Of a stretch of 64,000 nucleotides of DNA, positions 1 through 9,624 are shown piece by piece. The notes under the pieces are model-generated. The model was not told the origin of the DNA. It saw nothing but the letters and a program-made list of their open reading frames with translations, and did no database searches. Within the stretch, counting starts at the first letter, position 1; every line of letters starts with the position of its first letter. The translations under genes were made by a program, and so were the position numbers. The DNA is from Angustibacter luteus (GTDB lineage Bacteria > Actinomycetota > Actinomycetes > Actinomycetales > Angustibacteraceae), in contig NZ_BAABFP010000002.1 in assembly GCF_039541115.1 (NCBI RefSeq), positions 62,001-126,000 on the forward strand. The letters are read 5' to 3'.

Positions 1-971
1 ACGACGTCCTCGTGGTGACCGGCCCGCCGTCCGAGGTCACCCACTTCGCGCTCGCTGAGGGCCTGGCGGTGCACATGACTGGTTCGGCCGACGCCGCGGA
101 CCTCCTGACCCGCGAGGGTGGCGTGGCCGAGGTCGTTGTGCCACCACGCTCCCGACTGGTCGGCGAGACGGTCTACCCGGGGATGCAGCGCCAGCACGAG
201 CTGGTGATCCTGGCCGTCCAGCGGCTCGGCAAGGACCTGGGCAGCGGTCCGCTGGAGCTCGCCGAGGGTGACGCGATCCTCCTGCACGGGCGCTGGTCGG
301 CGCTCGACCAGCTGAACCGGGACCGGGACGTGCTGCTGGTGGACTCCCCTGACGTCGTGCGACGGCAGGCCGTGCCGTGGGGGCCGAAGGCGACCCGGGC
401 GGTCGTGGTGCTGGCCGGGCTGGTGGCGATGCTCGCCTCGGGACAGGTCCCGCCCGCGATCGCCGGACTGGCCGCCGCGCTGGCGATGGTGCTGGCCCGG
501 GTCGTGACCGTCCCGCAGGCCTACCGCTCCGTCTCGTGGCAGACCGTGGTGCTGGTCGGCGCGATGATCCCGTTGTCCACCGCGATCCAGAGCAGCGGAG
601 CGGCGGACCTGGTCTCGGGCTGGATCATCGACCTGGTCGGCGGCGGCAGCCCGTACCTGCTGCTCGTCGCGCTGTTCGTCCTGACCGCCACCCTGGGGCA
701 GGTGGTGAGCAACACCGCGACGGTGCTCGTGGTCACGCCGATCGCGGTGGCGGCCGCGCAGGCCACCGGCACCTCGGTCCAGCCCGTGCTGATGCTGGTC
801 GCCGTCGCCGGCTGCGCCGCCCTGCTCACCCCGATCGCCACCCCGGGCAACATGATGATCATGACGCCCGGCGGCTACCGGTTCGGCGACTACTGGAAGC
901 TCGGCCTGCCGGTGATGCTGTGGTGGTTCGCGGTCGCGATCGGGGTGATCCCGCTGGTCTGGCGGCCCTAG
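1..971 (+). CDS. SLC13/DASS-family transporter with TrkA-C domain (5' truncated by window edge)
   Basis: TrkA-C-like segment (EVVVPPRSRLVGET), multiple TM helices, SNTAT and TPIATPGNMMIM..GGYRFGDYWKLG motifs. Confidence 0.85.
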   Translation, partial: DVLVVTGPPSEVTHFALAEGLAVHMTGSADAADLLTREGGVAEVVVPPRSRLVGETVYPGMQRQHELVILAVQRLGKDLGSGPLELAEGDAILLHGRWSALDQLNRDRDVLLVDSPDVVRRQAVPWGPKATRAVVVLAGLVAMLASGQVPPAIAGLAAALAMVLARVVTVPQAYRSVSWQTVVLVGAMIPLSTAIQSSGAADLVSGWIIDLVGGGSPYLLLVALFVLTATLGQVVSNTATVLVVTPIAVAAAQATGTSVQPVLMLVAVAGCAALLTPIATPGNMMIMTPGGYRFGDYWKLGLPVMLWWFAVAIGVIPLVWRP

Positions 972-1369
972 CCGACGCCGGCTCGCTTGACCGCGAGGAC
1001 CGGGCAGTCCGCCTCCAGCAGGATGCGCTGGGCGGTGCTGCCCAGGATGAGCTTGCCCACGGGGGTGCGCCGGCGCAGCCCGATCACGATCATCGAGGCG
1101 TCGCGCGAGCGCGCCTGGGTCAGGATCTCGGTGGCCGGGTCGGCGGTCGGGTCGTGCGGGACGACGACGTTCTGGAGGTCCAGCCGGTCAAGCTTGTCGC
1201 TGAGCGCGTCCGCGTGCTGCTCGGGCGAGATGTCGAAGTCGCTGTCACTCACGGCGTCGACGCCGCTGACGACCACGAGGCCCGCCGCGAGCCGGCGCGC
1301 CTCGACGATCGCGGCTTCGAGCGCCGCTTCGCCCTCGGGGGTGGGTAGGTAGCCGATCACGATGGTCAT
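968..1369 (-). CDS. Universal stress protein
   Basis: IVIGY N-terminus; IVIGLRRRTPVGKLILGSTAQRILLEADCPVLAV USP signature. Confidence 0.9.
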   Translation of the reverse strand: MTIVIGYLPTPEGEAALEAAIVEARRLAAGLVVVSGVDAVSDSDFDISPEQHADALSDKLDRLDLQNVVVPHDPTADPATEILTQARSRDASMIVIGLRRRTPVGKLILGSTAQRILLEADCPVLAVKRAGVG

Positions 1370-1400
1370 GACGCCGTCCCTTCTCGCTGCGCTGGATCGT

Positions 1401-2900
1401 TCACGTCAGGCTCTTGATGGCGCCTCGTGCGCCGTGTCGTTGCAGGCTGGTCCGGGCGTCGGCGAACGCGGCCCGCAGCACCGGATCCGCGCCGAGGTCG
1501 CCGAACACCGGAGGGTAGTCCAGGAAGGCTCCGGGCTCGTCCTGCTCGGCCGCCACGGCGCGGAGCAAACCGTCGATCCGCTTGTCCTGCACCGAGATCG
1601 GTGCACCGGCATCGTCCACGCCCTCCAGGAACCGGCACCAGGCCGCCAGCACGAGGGCACTCCGGGCGATCGACCTCCCGGCGGCGAGCTGGTCGCGCAC
1701 CACCGGCAACAGGAACTTGGGGATCCGGTCGGACCCGTCCACGACCTGGCGTCCCAGCGTGTCGCGGATGGCTTCGCTGCTGAACCGCGCGATCAGCTGG
1801 TCGCAGTAGGCGTCGACGTCGATGCCGGGCACGTCCCGCAGCGTCGGGATCGCCTCGTGGTGCATGTAGTCGAGCAGGAACCCGGCGAACAGCGGGTCCC
1901 GGCACACGTCGTGGACGAAGGTCTCGCCGGCCAGGACGGCCAGGTAGCCCATCGCCTGGTGGGACGCGTTGAGCAGCCTCAGCTTCATCAGCTCGTACGG
2001 CAGGACGTCGTCCACGAGCTGCACGCCGACGGCGTCCAGGGCGGGGCGACCGTCGCTGAAGCGGTCCTCGAGGACCCACTGGGTGAACGACTCCGACCGG
2101 ACCGGCCAGCGGTCCTGGACGCCGAGGGCCGCCACCGCGGCCACGGTCTCGTCCGTCGTCGCGGGGGTGATCCGGTCGACCATGGAGCTCGGGAACGCGA
2201 CGTGCTCGGAGATCCACTCCGCCAGGTGGGGATCGCGGCGACGGGCGAAGGCCGTCACCGCCTGCTCGGCCACGTGCCCGTTCCCCTGGATGTTGTCGCA
2301 CGACAGCACCGTGAACGGCGCGGTCCCGGCGGCTCGCCGGGCGGACAGCCCGGCCACGACCAGACCGAGGACACTGGACGGCGGCTCGACGCCGGCGGCG
2401 TCGGTCAGGTCCCCCAGGTCCGCCAGGTCCGCGAGGTCCGCCAAGGTCGCCGGGTCGTGCGGGTCGAACTCGCCGGTGGCGTCGTCGATCCCGTACCCAC
2501 CCTCGGTGATCGTCAGGGAGACGATGTGCGTCGCGGGGTCGGCGAGCCGGTCCACGACGGCCTGCCGGTCGTCCGGTGCGTGCAGGTGGGCGACGTGCGA
2601 GCCGATCACCCGGGCGTCGGTCACGCCGTCCGGGGACACCGTGAGCAGCGTGTAGAGGCCGTCCTGCTCGTCGAGGACGTCGGCGATGGTGCGATCCCCG
2701 GCCAGCACGCCGACGCCGCAGATGCCCCAGTGCGACTGGCCGTTGGACAGCAGCCGGTCGACGTACATCGCCTGGTGGGCGCGGTGGAACGCGCCGACTC
2801 CGAAGTGCACGATGCCGGCCGCCACGGCGTCGCGGTCGTACGCCGGAACCGGCACTCCCCCAGCGATGTCGCTGAGTCCGGCCGCATCGAGGTGGGTCAT
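1401..2900 (-). CDS. Mannitol dehydrogenase family polyol dehydrogenase
   Basis: GIVHFGVGAFHRAHQA, SLTITEGGY, SCDN, FPSSMVDRITP, KLRLLNASH motifs; start set at MTHLD. Confidence 0.92.
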   Translation of the reverse strand: MTHLDAAGLSDIAGGVPVPAYDRDAVAAGIVHFGVGAFHRAHQAMYVDRLLSNGQSHWGICGVGVLAGDRTIADVLDEQDGLYTLLTVSPDGVTDARVIGSHVAHLHAPDDRQAVVDRLADPATHIVSLTITEGGYGIDDATGEFDPHDPATLADLADLADLGDLTDAAGVEPPSSVLGLVVAGLSARRAAGTAPFTVLSCDNIQGNGHVAEQAVTAFARRRDPHLAEWISEHVAFPSSMVDRITPATTDETVAAVAALGVQDRWPVRSESFTQWVLEDRFSDGRPALDAVGVQLVDDVLPYELMKLRLLNASHQAMGYLAVLAGETFVHDVCRDPLFAGFLLDYMHHEAIPTLRDVPGIDVDAYCDQLIARFSSEAIRDTLGRQVVDGSDRIPKFLLPVVRDQLAAGRSIARSALVLAAWCRFLEGVDDAGAPISVQDKRIDGLLRAVAAEQDEPGAFLDYPPVFGDLGADPVLRAAFADARTSLQRHGARGAIKSLT

Positions 2901-2991
2901 GTCCTGGTCTCCAGACGGTCTGCCGACACGGACGGCACGCGGCTCCCCCGCCGGGGCAGGGAAACCGCGTGCCGCTTCACCGAAGGTCCGT

Positions 2992-3963
2992 TCAGCAGCT
3001 GGACTTGTACAGGTACTGGGCGCCCTCACCGTCGACGTTGTCCTTGGTGACGATGTGGAACCCGGTCTGGATCTTCGCCTCGGTCGCGCCGCCGGTCAGG
3101 GAGGCGACCGCCTGGTCCACGCCGTCGACGCCGATCTGGTACGGGTCCTGGGCGATGAGCGCCTGGACGGTGCCGTCCTTCAGCTGGCCGACCTGGTCCG
3201 GACCGGCATCGAAGCCGATGACCTTGACCTGGTCCTGCTTGTTGGCCTGCCGGACGCCGGTGGCCGTACCGGCCGCGGAGAAGGTGTTGGTGGCGAAGAC
3301 GCCCACGATGTCAGGGTCCTTGGCCAGCGCTGCCGTGATCAGCCGGGCGGCCGTCGCGGTGTCGTTGTGGCTGTACTGGACGCCGAGGTAGTTGAACTTG
3401 GAGTCGGCCTTGGCCGCCGTCTCGAAACCCTTGACCCGGGCGTCCACGGTGGAGATGCCGGGGTCGGTCGACATGATGAGGATCTTGCCGCCATTGGGGT
3501 TCAGGTCGGAGATGGCCTTGAACGCGGCCGCCCCACCACCCTCGTTGTCGGAGGCGATCTGGGAGACCGCGAACGACGGGTCGTTGACGGTGGTGTCGAC
3601 GAGCACGACCTTGATCTTCTGCGACGCGGCGGCCTGCAGCGGTGCCTGCATGGCCGAGACGTCCGTGGGGGCGATCAGGATCGCGTCGGGCTTGCTGGCC
3701 ACGACGGAGTCGACGATCGGCTTCTGCAGCGTCGGGTCGAACTTCGCCGGTCCCTGGGTGTTGACCGTGACGCCCTTCTTCTTCGCCTCGGCCTCGATGC
3801 CGCACTGCATGGTGACGTAGAACTCGTCACCGGCGACGCCCTGGATGAAGCTGAGCTTCTTGGCGCCGCTCGAGCCCGCGCTGTCGCTGTCGTTCCCGCC
3901 GCACGCACTGAGCGCCACGGCGCTCACGACGAGCAGCGGCACGAGCTTGGTGGTGGTCTTCAT
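2992..3963 (-). CDS. Sugar/polyol ABC transporter substrate-binding lipoprotein (RbsB-like)
   Basis: Lipobox LSAC, Peripla_BP_4-like sequence, GGAGG RBS before MKTTTK. Confidence 0.9.
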   Translation of the reverse strand: MKTTTKLVPLLVVSAVALSACGGNDSDSAGSSGAKKLSFIQGVAGDEFYVTMQCGIEAEAKKKGVTVNTQGPAKFDPTLQKPIVDSVVASKPDAILIAPTDVSAMQAPLQAAASQKIKVVLVDTTVNDPSFAVSQIASDNEGGGAAAFKAISDLNPNGGKILIMSTDPGISTVDARVKGFETAAKADSKFNYLGVQYSHNDTATAARLITAALAKDPDIVGVFATNTFSAAGTATGVRQANKQDQVKVIGFDAGPDQVGQLKDGTVQALIAQDPYQIGVDGVDQAVASLTGGATEAKIQTGFHIVTKDNVDGEGAQYLYKSSC

Positions 3964-4046
3964 GATGTGCTTCCTCCGGGGTGTCGGGTGGTGCGCGCCG
4001 GTGGCGCCGTCGGGGTGACTGGTTCGGTGCAGCTGCGACGGCGTTC

Positions 4047-5216
4047 TCACGCGGACCGTCGGAACAGGTGTGCGAGCGAGCGCTTGCCAGTGCCAGAGGC
4101 ACGGGAGGCGGCCGCCCGGCGGCGCTGGTCGATGTAGACCGCGACGACGAGGACGGCGCCGACAGCGACCTGCTGCCAGAAGGGCTGGACGCCGGTGATC
4201 ACGAAGCCGTTCTGCAGGATCGCCGGGATGAACAGGCCGACGACCGTGCCGAAGATGGTGCCGATGCCGCCGAACAGGCTCGTCCCGCCGATGACGACGG
4301 CCGCGATGACCGCCAGGCTGGTGTTGGACTGACCGGCGATCGCGGTCGTCGAGTACTGGGCGAGGGACAGGATGCCCGCGACGCCGGCCATCGCGCCGGA
4401 CAGGGCGTAGATCAGGATCAGGTGCTTGTCGACCTTGACGCCGACCCGTCGCGCCGACTCCTCGTTGGAGCCGACGGCGTAGGTGTACAGGCCGAACTTC
4501 GTCTTGTGCAGGATGATCCCGAAGACGATGACGAAGACCAGGGCGATGACCGAGATGGTCGGGATGGTCGTCCCGGGGATGTTCCCGTAGCCGATGTTGG
4601 TGGCCAGGACCGACGGCACCTCGCGGATGTCGACGCCGTCGGTGATCACCTGGGCCAGACCAAGCGCCCCGCTCAGGGTGCCGAGCGTCACGATCAGCGG
4701 CGGCACCTTCGCCTTGGCGATGAGGTACCCGTTCAGGACGCCCCACAGGATCCCGCAGATGACGGACAGGACGATGCCCAGGATGGCCGTCCCCCACCCG
4801 TCGCCACCGGAGGCCTGCATCGCCTTCGCGGCGACGACGCCGGAGAACACGAGCACCGAGCCGATGGACAGGTCGATGCCGCTGGTGATGATCACGTAGG
4901 TCATGCCGACGCCGAGCACCGCGAGGATCGAGACGTTCTGGATCACCAGTCGCATGTTCGCCCAGGTGGGGAACGTGTCCGGGGCGAGCGCCGCGAAGAT
5001 CAGGAAGATCGCGAACAGGACGAGCAGGATCTGGAACGACTGGACCTTGACGACCCGGCCCAGCAGGCCGCGCACACCCCCGCTGGTGTCGTGCGAGGAC
5101 AGGGCGGCGTCGGGGCTGACCGCCGCCTCGCTGCGGGGCTCACCCGAGGGCTGTGCGTCCGCGGGGGCCCCGACGGCGTCGGCGGTCGCGTTCTTGGCCG
5201 GCATGCTGTCGCTCAT
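4047..5216 (-). CDS. Sugar ABC transporter permease (RbsC-like)
   Basis: GIDLSIGS, IAAVVIGGTSLFGGIG motifs; start at MSDSM overlaps the upstream ATPase stop. Confidence 0.9.
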   Translation of the reverse strand: MSDSMPAKNATADAVGAPADAQPSGEPRSEAAVSPDAALSSHDTSGGVRGLLGRVVKVQSFQILLVLFAIFLIFAALAPDTFPTWANMRLVIQNVSILAVLGVGMTYVIITSGIDLSIGSVLVFSGVVAAKAMQASGGDGWGTAILGIVLSVICGILWGVLNGYLIAKAKVPPLIVTLGTLSGALGLAQVITDGVDIREVPSVLATNIGYGNIPGTTIPTISVIALVFVIVFGIILHKTKFGLYTYAVGSNEESARRVGVKVDKHLILIYALSGAMAGVAGILSLAQYSTTAIAGQSNTSLAVIAAVVIGGTSLFGGIGTIFGTVVGLFIPAILQNGFVITGVQPFWQQVAVGAVLVVAVYIDQRRRAAASRASGTGKRSLAHLFRRSA

Positions 5217-5992
5217 CACTTGGCTCCTGCGTCTAGGGCCCCGGTCATGGCGCCGACGAGCTGCTCGACGCTGGTGTCCTTGGCTTGGAAGGTGGCCACC
5301 CGCCGGCCGAGCCGCAGGACCTGCACGCGGTCCGACACCTCGATCACGTGCGGCATGGAGTGGCTGATGAAGACGACGCCGACGCCCTTGTCGCGAACCC
5401 GGCGGATCGTCTCCAGCACGTTCTTGGTCTGCACCACGCCGAGGGCAGCGGTGGGCTCGTCGAGGAACACGACGCCCTTGGCCCACGCGACGGCGCGGGC
5501 GATGGCGATCGCCTGGCGCTGACCACCCGACATGCTGCCGACCGGGCTGGTGAAGCTGCGGACCGTCGCGCCGAGCTCGTCGAACGCCACCTTCGACTTG
5601 GCCCGCATCGTCTTGTTGTCCAGGAACCCGAAGTGACCGAGGAACCCGGGAGCCGGGATCTCGCGGCCCAGGTACATGTTCTGCGGCGGGGTGAGGTGCG
5701 GGGCGAGGGCCAGGTCCTGGAAGACGGTCTCGATCCCCAGGTGGCTGGCCACGCTCGGCGAGCTGAGGTCGACCTCGGTGCCGTTGAAGAGGATGGATCC
5801 GGCGTCCAGGGCCAGGTTGCCCGACATCGCCTTCACCATCGTGGACTTGCCGGCGCCGTTGTCACCGATCAGGGCGACCACCTCGCCGGCGTGCACGTCG
5901 AAGTCGGCCCCGTCGAGGGCTCGCACGGCTCCGAAGCTGCGGGTGATCCCGCGGGCCTCGAGAATGGGAGTGGACGTGCTCGTCGACGTCAT
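5216..5992 (-). CDS. Sugar ABC transporter ATP-binding protein (single domain)
   Basis: GDNGAGKST, MSGGQRQ, LDEPTAAL. Confidence 0.93.
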   Translation of the reverse strand: MTSTSTSTPILEARGITRSFGAVRALDGADFDVHAGEVVALIGDNGAGKSTMVKAMSGNLALDAGSILFNGTEVDLSSPSVASHLGIETVFQDLALAPHLTPPQNMYLGREIPAPGFLGHFGFLDNKTMRAKSKVAFDELGATVRSFTSPVGSMSGGQRQAIAIARAVAWAKGVVFLDEPTAALGVVQTKNVLETIRRVRDKGVGVVFISHSMPHVIEVSDRVQVLRLGRRVATFQAKDTSVEQLVGAMTGALDAGAK

Positions 5993-6135
5993 CGTCAGCG
6001 CTCCTTCGATGGGTGGGACGGTTCAGATCCGGGAAGGGCACCAGCCGGGCGACTGGATCACCGGGCTGCGAGTGGCCTCGAACGGGCTCGAGGTCGATCC
6101 GTCGGTATCGAGTTGACGAGGAACCTATTCCTCCA

Positions 6136-6196
6136 TGTCACCGGTGTCAAGGGTTTCTGTCACCGGTGACATAAATATCGATGTCACCGGTGACAT
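6136..6196. promoter_or_regulatory. Three palindromic LacI-type operators TGTCACCGGTG(T/A)CA
   Basis: Copies at 6136-6149, 6158-6171, 6182-6195 in the divergent ABC/SDR intergenic region; perfect palindrome ATGTCACCGGTGACAT at 6181-6196. Confidence 0.8.
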
Positions 6197-6296
6197 GACG
6201 GTCGCTTCTGGGCTACATTGACGGCGTCCGACAAGGCCGGCAGCTGCGCGGCGCAGTCCCCGAGCAGGCCTTCCACCGCAAGCTGAGGATGCTCCC

Positions 6297-7025
6297 ATGA
6301 CGGATTTCGACGGCCGAACGATCCTGGTGACCGGCGCCAGCGGAGGCATCGGAGGAGCCACCGTCCGCCATCTCGTGCGGGCTGGTGCGGACGTCGTCGC
6401 GAGCGGCCGTTCCTCGGACGGGCTCGAGGCCATCGCCGCCGAGACCGGCGCCCGGACGCTCCCGTTCGACCTCACGTCGGAGGACAGCGTGCGCGACGCC
6501 CTGGACGGGCTCGACGTGTGGGGAGTGGTGAACTGCGGCGGCTGGGGCGGCGAGATCGCCACGCCGATGGACACCGACATCGACGTGTTCGACCAGGTCA
6601 TCGCGATCAACGCCCGGGGCACGCTGCTGGTCACCAAGTACGTGTCGCGCTCGATGATCCGGCTCGGCCGCGGCGGCTCGATCGTCAACGTGTCCAGCCA
6701 GGCCGGCCTCGTCGCCCTGTCCGGTCACATCTCGTACGGGTCGTCCAAGGCGGCGGTGGACAACATCACCCGGGTCAGCGCCCTCGAGCTGGGTCGGTAC
6801 GACATCCGGGTCAACAGCGTGAACCCGACCGTGGTGATGACCCCCATGTCGGCCTGGTACTGGGGCCGCCCGGAGATCGAGGGCCCGTTCCTGGAGGCGA
6901 TGCCGCTCGGCCGGTGGGCCACCGAGGACGAGATCGCCGCGCCGATCACGTTCCTGCTCAGTGACGCCGCGTCGATGATCTCCGGCGTCTGCCTGCCGAT
7001 CGACGGTGGCTACACCGCCCGCTGA
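6297..7025 (+). CDS. Short-chain dehydrogenase/reductase (L-xylulose reductase-like)
   Basis: TGASGGIG, NVSS, YGSSK, IRVNSVNPTVVMTPM. Confidence 0.88.
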   Translation: MTDFDGRTILVTGASGGIGGATVRHLVRAGADVVASGRSSDGLEAIAAETGARTLPFDLTSEDSVRDALDGLDVWGVVNCGGWGGEIATPMDTDIDVFDQVIAINARGTLLVTKYVSRSMIRLGRGGSIVNVSSQAGLVALSGHISYGSSKAAVDNITRVSALELGRYDIRVNSVNPTVVMTPMSAWYWGRPEIEGPFLEAMPLGRWATEDEIAAPITFLLSDAASMISGVCLPIDGGYTAR

Positions 7026-7061
7026 CCACACGCTCCGCACCACCGGGAAGGGGGACCGAGG

Positions 7062-8054
7062 ATGGCGACCATGCGGGACGTGGCGGCCCTCGCAGGGGTC
7101 AGCGCGAAGACCGTCTCCCGGGTGTTCAACGACGACCCGCACGTACGCCCCGAGACGAAGGAGCGGGTCGACTCGGCGCTGCGCGAGCTCAGCTACGTGC
7201 CGAACACGCTCGCCACCACCTTCCGGTCCGGGCGCGCACCGGTCATCGGGGTCGCCGTCCCGGACATCGCCGACCCGTTCTTCGGCGCCATCGCCAAGGC
7301 GATCGAGACGTTGGCGGCGCAGCACGACATGTCCGTCGTCATCACCAGCCTGGGGGACGACGGGACGCGCGAACCGCGGATCGTGCAGTCGCTGCTGCGG
7401 CAGGCACTGAGCGGCCTGATCATCGCGCCGCTCTCGCACGACCAGTCGTACCTGGGCTCGTGGACCGATCGCACGCCACTGGTGTTCGTCGACCGTCAGC
7501 CCACCGGCGTGCTCGCCGACTCATTCACCGAGGACGACCACGCCGGCGCCCACCAGGCCACGACGCACCTGGTCGGGCACGGCCACGTCCGGATCGGCTT
7601 CGTCGGCGACGACGCGAGCATCCCGACGACGAGCGGCCGGCTCGCCGGCTACCGGGCCGCGCTCGACGAGGCAGGAATCGAGGCCGATGACGACCTCGTC
7701 GCGCTCGGCGCCTTCGACCGGGCGTCCGCTGCCGCGGCCTGCACGGCGCTCGCGGGGCTGGCCGACGGACCCACGGCGCTGTTCTCCTCCAACGCCCGGG
7801 CCACGATGAGCCTGGTCCCCCTCATCCGGACCGGCGGGCTCACTGTCGCGGGCTTCGGTGACTTCCCGATGGCGGACATGCTCACGCCCGCCATCACGGT
7901 CGTCGACCAGGACCCCGCCGCCCTGGGAACCCTTGCCGCCCAACGGGTGCTCGACCGGCTGGCCCACCCGCAGCGCCGGTACCGGCGCCGGACCGTGCTG
8001 CCCGTCAGGCTGGTCGAGCGTGAGTCATGCCGGAGTCGCGCACCACGAGGCTGA
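7062..8054 (+). CDS. LacI-family transcriptional regulator
   Basis: TMRDVAALAGVSAKTVSRV HTH, YVPN hinge. Confidence 0.93.
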   Translation: MATMRDVAALAGVSAKTVSRVFNDDPHVRPETKERVDSALRELSYVPNTLATTFRSGRAPVIGVAVPDIADPFFGAIAKAIETLAAQHDMSVVITSLGDDGTREPRIVQSLLRQALSGLIIAPLSHDQSYLGSWTDRTPLVFVDRQPTGVLADSFTEDDHAGAHQATTHLVGHGHVRIGFVGDDASIPTTSGRLAGYRAALDEAGIEADDDLVALGAFDRASAAAACTALAGLADGPTALFSSNARATMSLVPLIRTGGLTVAGFGDFPMADMLTPAITVVDQDPAALGTLAAQRVLDRLAHPQRRYRRRTVLPVRLVERESCRSRAPRG

Positions 8055-9006
8055 CCGGCAGGACGGTCCGCCGGCGCATCCGGCGGTCCGGTGACTCGAT
8101 CCGCGCGAAGAGCCGCTCCGCCGCGAAGCGCCCGACCCCCGCCGGGTCCTGGTCGATCACGGTGACCGGTGGGGTCAGCGACTCCGCCATCGGGAAGTCG
8201 CCGAAACTGACCAGCCCGACGTCCTGCCAGTACAGCCGGCGCAGCGCCGGGACGACGTCCAGCGTGCAGCGCGCGTTGGAGGAGAAGATGGCGGTGGGCG
8301 GATCGGGGAGGGACCGCAAGGCCTGCAGCGCAGAGTCCACGGCCTGCGGGTCGGTCGCGCCGAGGTACACGAGCGCCTCGTCGGCCAGCGCCCCCGCCGA
8401 GCTCAGCGCGGCCCGGTAGCCCTCGAGCCGCAGCGCGGTCGTGCGGAACCGGTAGTCGTCCCCGATGAACGCGATCCGCCGGTGACCCAGCTCCAGCAGG
8501 TGCGCGGTCGCGACCTCGCCGCCGCCGCGGTCGTCCTCGATCACCGAGTCCGCGACGAGCCGGCCGGGGGTCCGGTCGATGAACACCATGGCCGTCCGCG
8601 ACTGCCAGGGCCGCAGGTAGGACTGGTCAGGGCCGACGGGGCACGTGATGAGCCCCACGATCTGGCGCTTCAGCAGGTTCTCGACGGCCTCCTGCTCGTG
8701 CGCCGCCTCGTTGCCGAGGCTGCTCACGATGACCCCGATGTGCCGCGCCTTGGCCTCGGCCTCCACCGCGCGGATGATCTGGGCGAAGAACGGGTCGGCG
8801 ACGTCGGGCACGGCGACCCCGATGGCCGCCTCACGACCGGCCCGGAAGCTGACCGCCAGCGAGTTGGGGACGTACTGGAGCTCCTTGACAGAGGCCTGCA
8901 CCCGCTCGCGCACCTGGTCGCGGACGTAGCCCTCGTTGCGCAGCACCCGAGAGACGGTCTTGGTGCTGACGCCGGCGTGCAGCGCGACGTCGCGCATCGT
9001 GACCAT
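8005..9006 (-). CDS. LacI-family transcriptional regulator (paralogue)
   Basis: TMRDVALHAGVSTKTVSRV HTH, YVPN hinge. Confidence 0.93.
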   Translation of the reverse strand: MVTMRDVALHAGVSTKTVSRVLRNEGYVRDQVRERVQASVKELQYVPNSLAVSFRAGREAAIGVAVPDVADPFFAQIIRAVEAEAKARHIGVIVSSLGNEAAHEQEAVENLLKRQIVGLITCPVGPDQSYLRPWQSRTAMVFIDRTPGRLVADSVIEDDRGGGEVATAHLLELGHRRIAFIGDDYRFRTTALRLEGYRAALSSAGALADEALVYLGATDPQAVDSALQALRSLPDPPTAIFSSNARCTLDVVPALRRLYWQDVGLVSFGDFPMAESLTPPVTVIDQDPAGVGRFAAERLFARIESPDRRMRRRTVLPVSLVVRDSGMTHARPA

Positions 9007-9046
9007 GGATGGACTCTCCCTCCGACCGGGTGGCTCAGGGACACTA

Positions 9047-9060
9047 TGACACCGATGCCA
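9047..9060. promoter_or_regulatory. Degenerate LacI-type operator TGACACCGATGCCA
   Basis: 12/14 match to TGACACCGGTGTCA, ~40 bp upstream of second lacI. Confidence 0.55.
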
Positions 9061-9066
9061 GAGCCC

Positions 9067-9624
9067 TCAGGGCAGCATCTGCTGAATCGCCTCGGCGATC
9101 TCGCCCGGCGACCGGGCGGCGTCGGCGCGAAGGTGCGGGACGTCCGGCGGCGCCAGGTCCACCGCGACCGCGCCAGGTGCTCGTTCGGCCTTCCAGGCGT
9201 CACGGTCGGCGCCGCGCCGGCGCAGCCGTTCCGCGACCGCAGGGGCATCGACGTCCAGCCACACCAGGGACGGCGTCCCCCCGGCGGCGCGAAGGCGGGC
9301 CTCGAGCGCCGCCCAGGCCGCGCCGTGCCGGCGCTCCGTCGTGAACGGCGCGACGAGGACGACGCTCAGGCCCAGCCGCAGGTTCTCCACCGCGACCGAG
9401 ACGATCGCCTCGTACCGGGCCCGTCGGGTGAGCTGGGCCAGCCGCGGGTCGTCGAGGTCGCGCACGCCTACCTGGTCGGCGACCACCGCCGTCAGGTCGG
9501 CGGTCGCGGTGTCCAGGTCGAGCAGCGCCGCGGAGAGCCGCCGGGCGAGCACGGCGCCCACCGTGCTCTTCCCGGCCCCCGGCGCACCCGTCACGAGGAC
9601 GGCGCGGACGACCGGCTCAGTCAC
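9067..9624 (-). CDS. P-loop small-molecule kinase (AAA_33/gluconate kinase-like)
   Basis: VLVTGAPGAGKST, LDLD, ERLRRRG lid; GTG start overlaps aldolase stop (GTGA). Confidence 0.75.
   Translation of the reverse strand: MTEPVVRAVLVTGAPGAGKSTVGAVLARRLSAALLDLDTATADLTAVVADQVGVRDLDDPRLAQLTRRARYEAIVSVAVENLRLGLSVVLVAPFTTERRHGAAWAALEARLRAAGGTPSLVWLDVDAPAVAERLRRRGADRDAWKAERAPGAVAVDLAPPDVPHLRADAARSPGEIAEAIQQMLP

Noticed and set aside
2404..2450. 9-bp tandem repeat (LAD)n in mannitol dehydrogenase
   Set aside because: In-frame slippage in a probable loop; no evidence of phase variation
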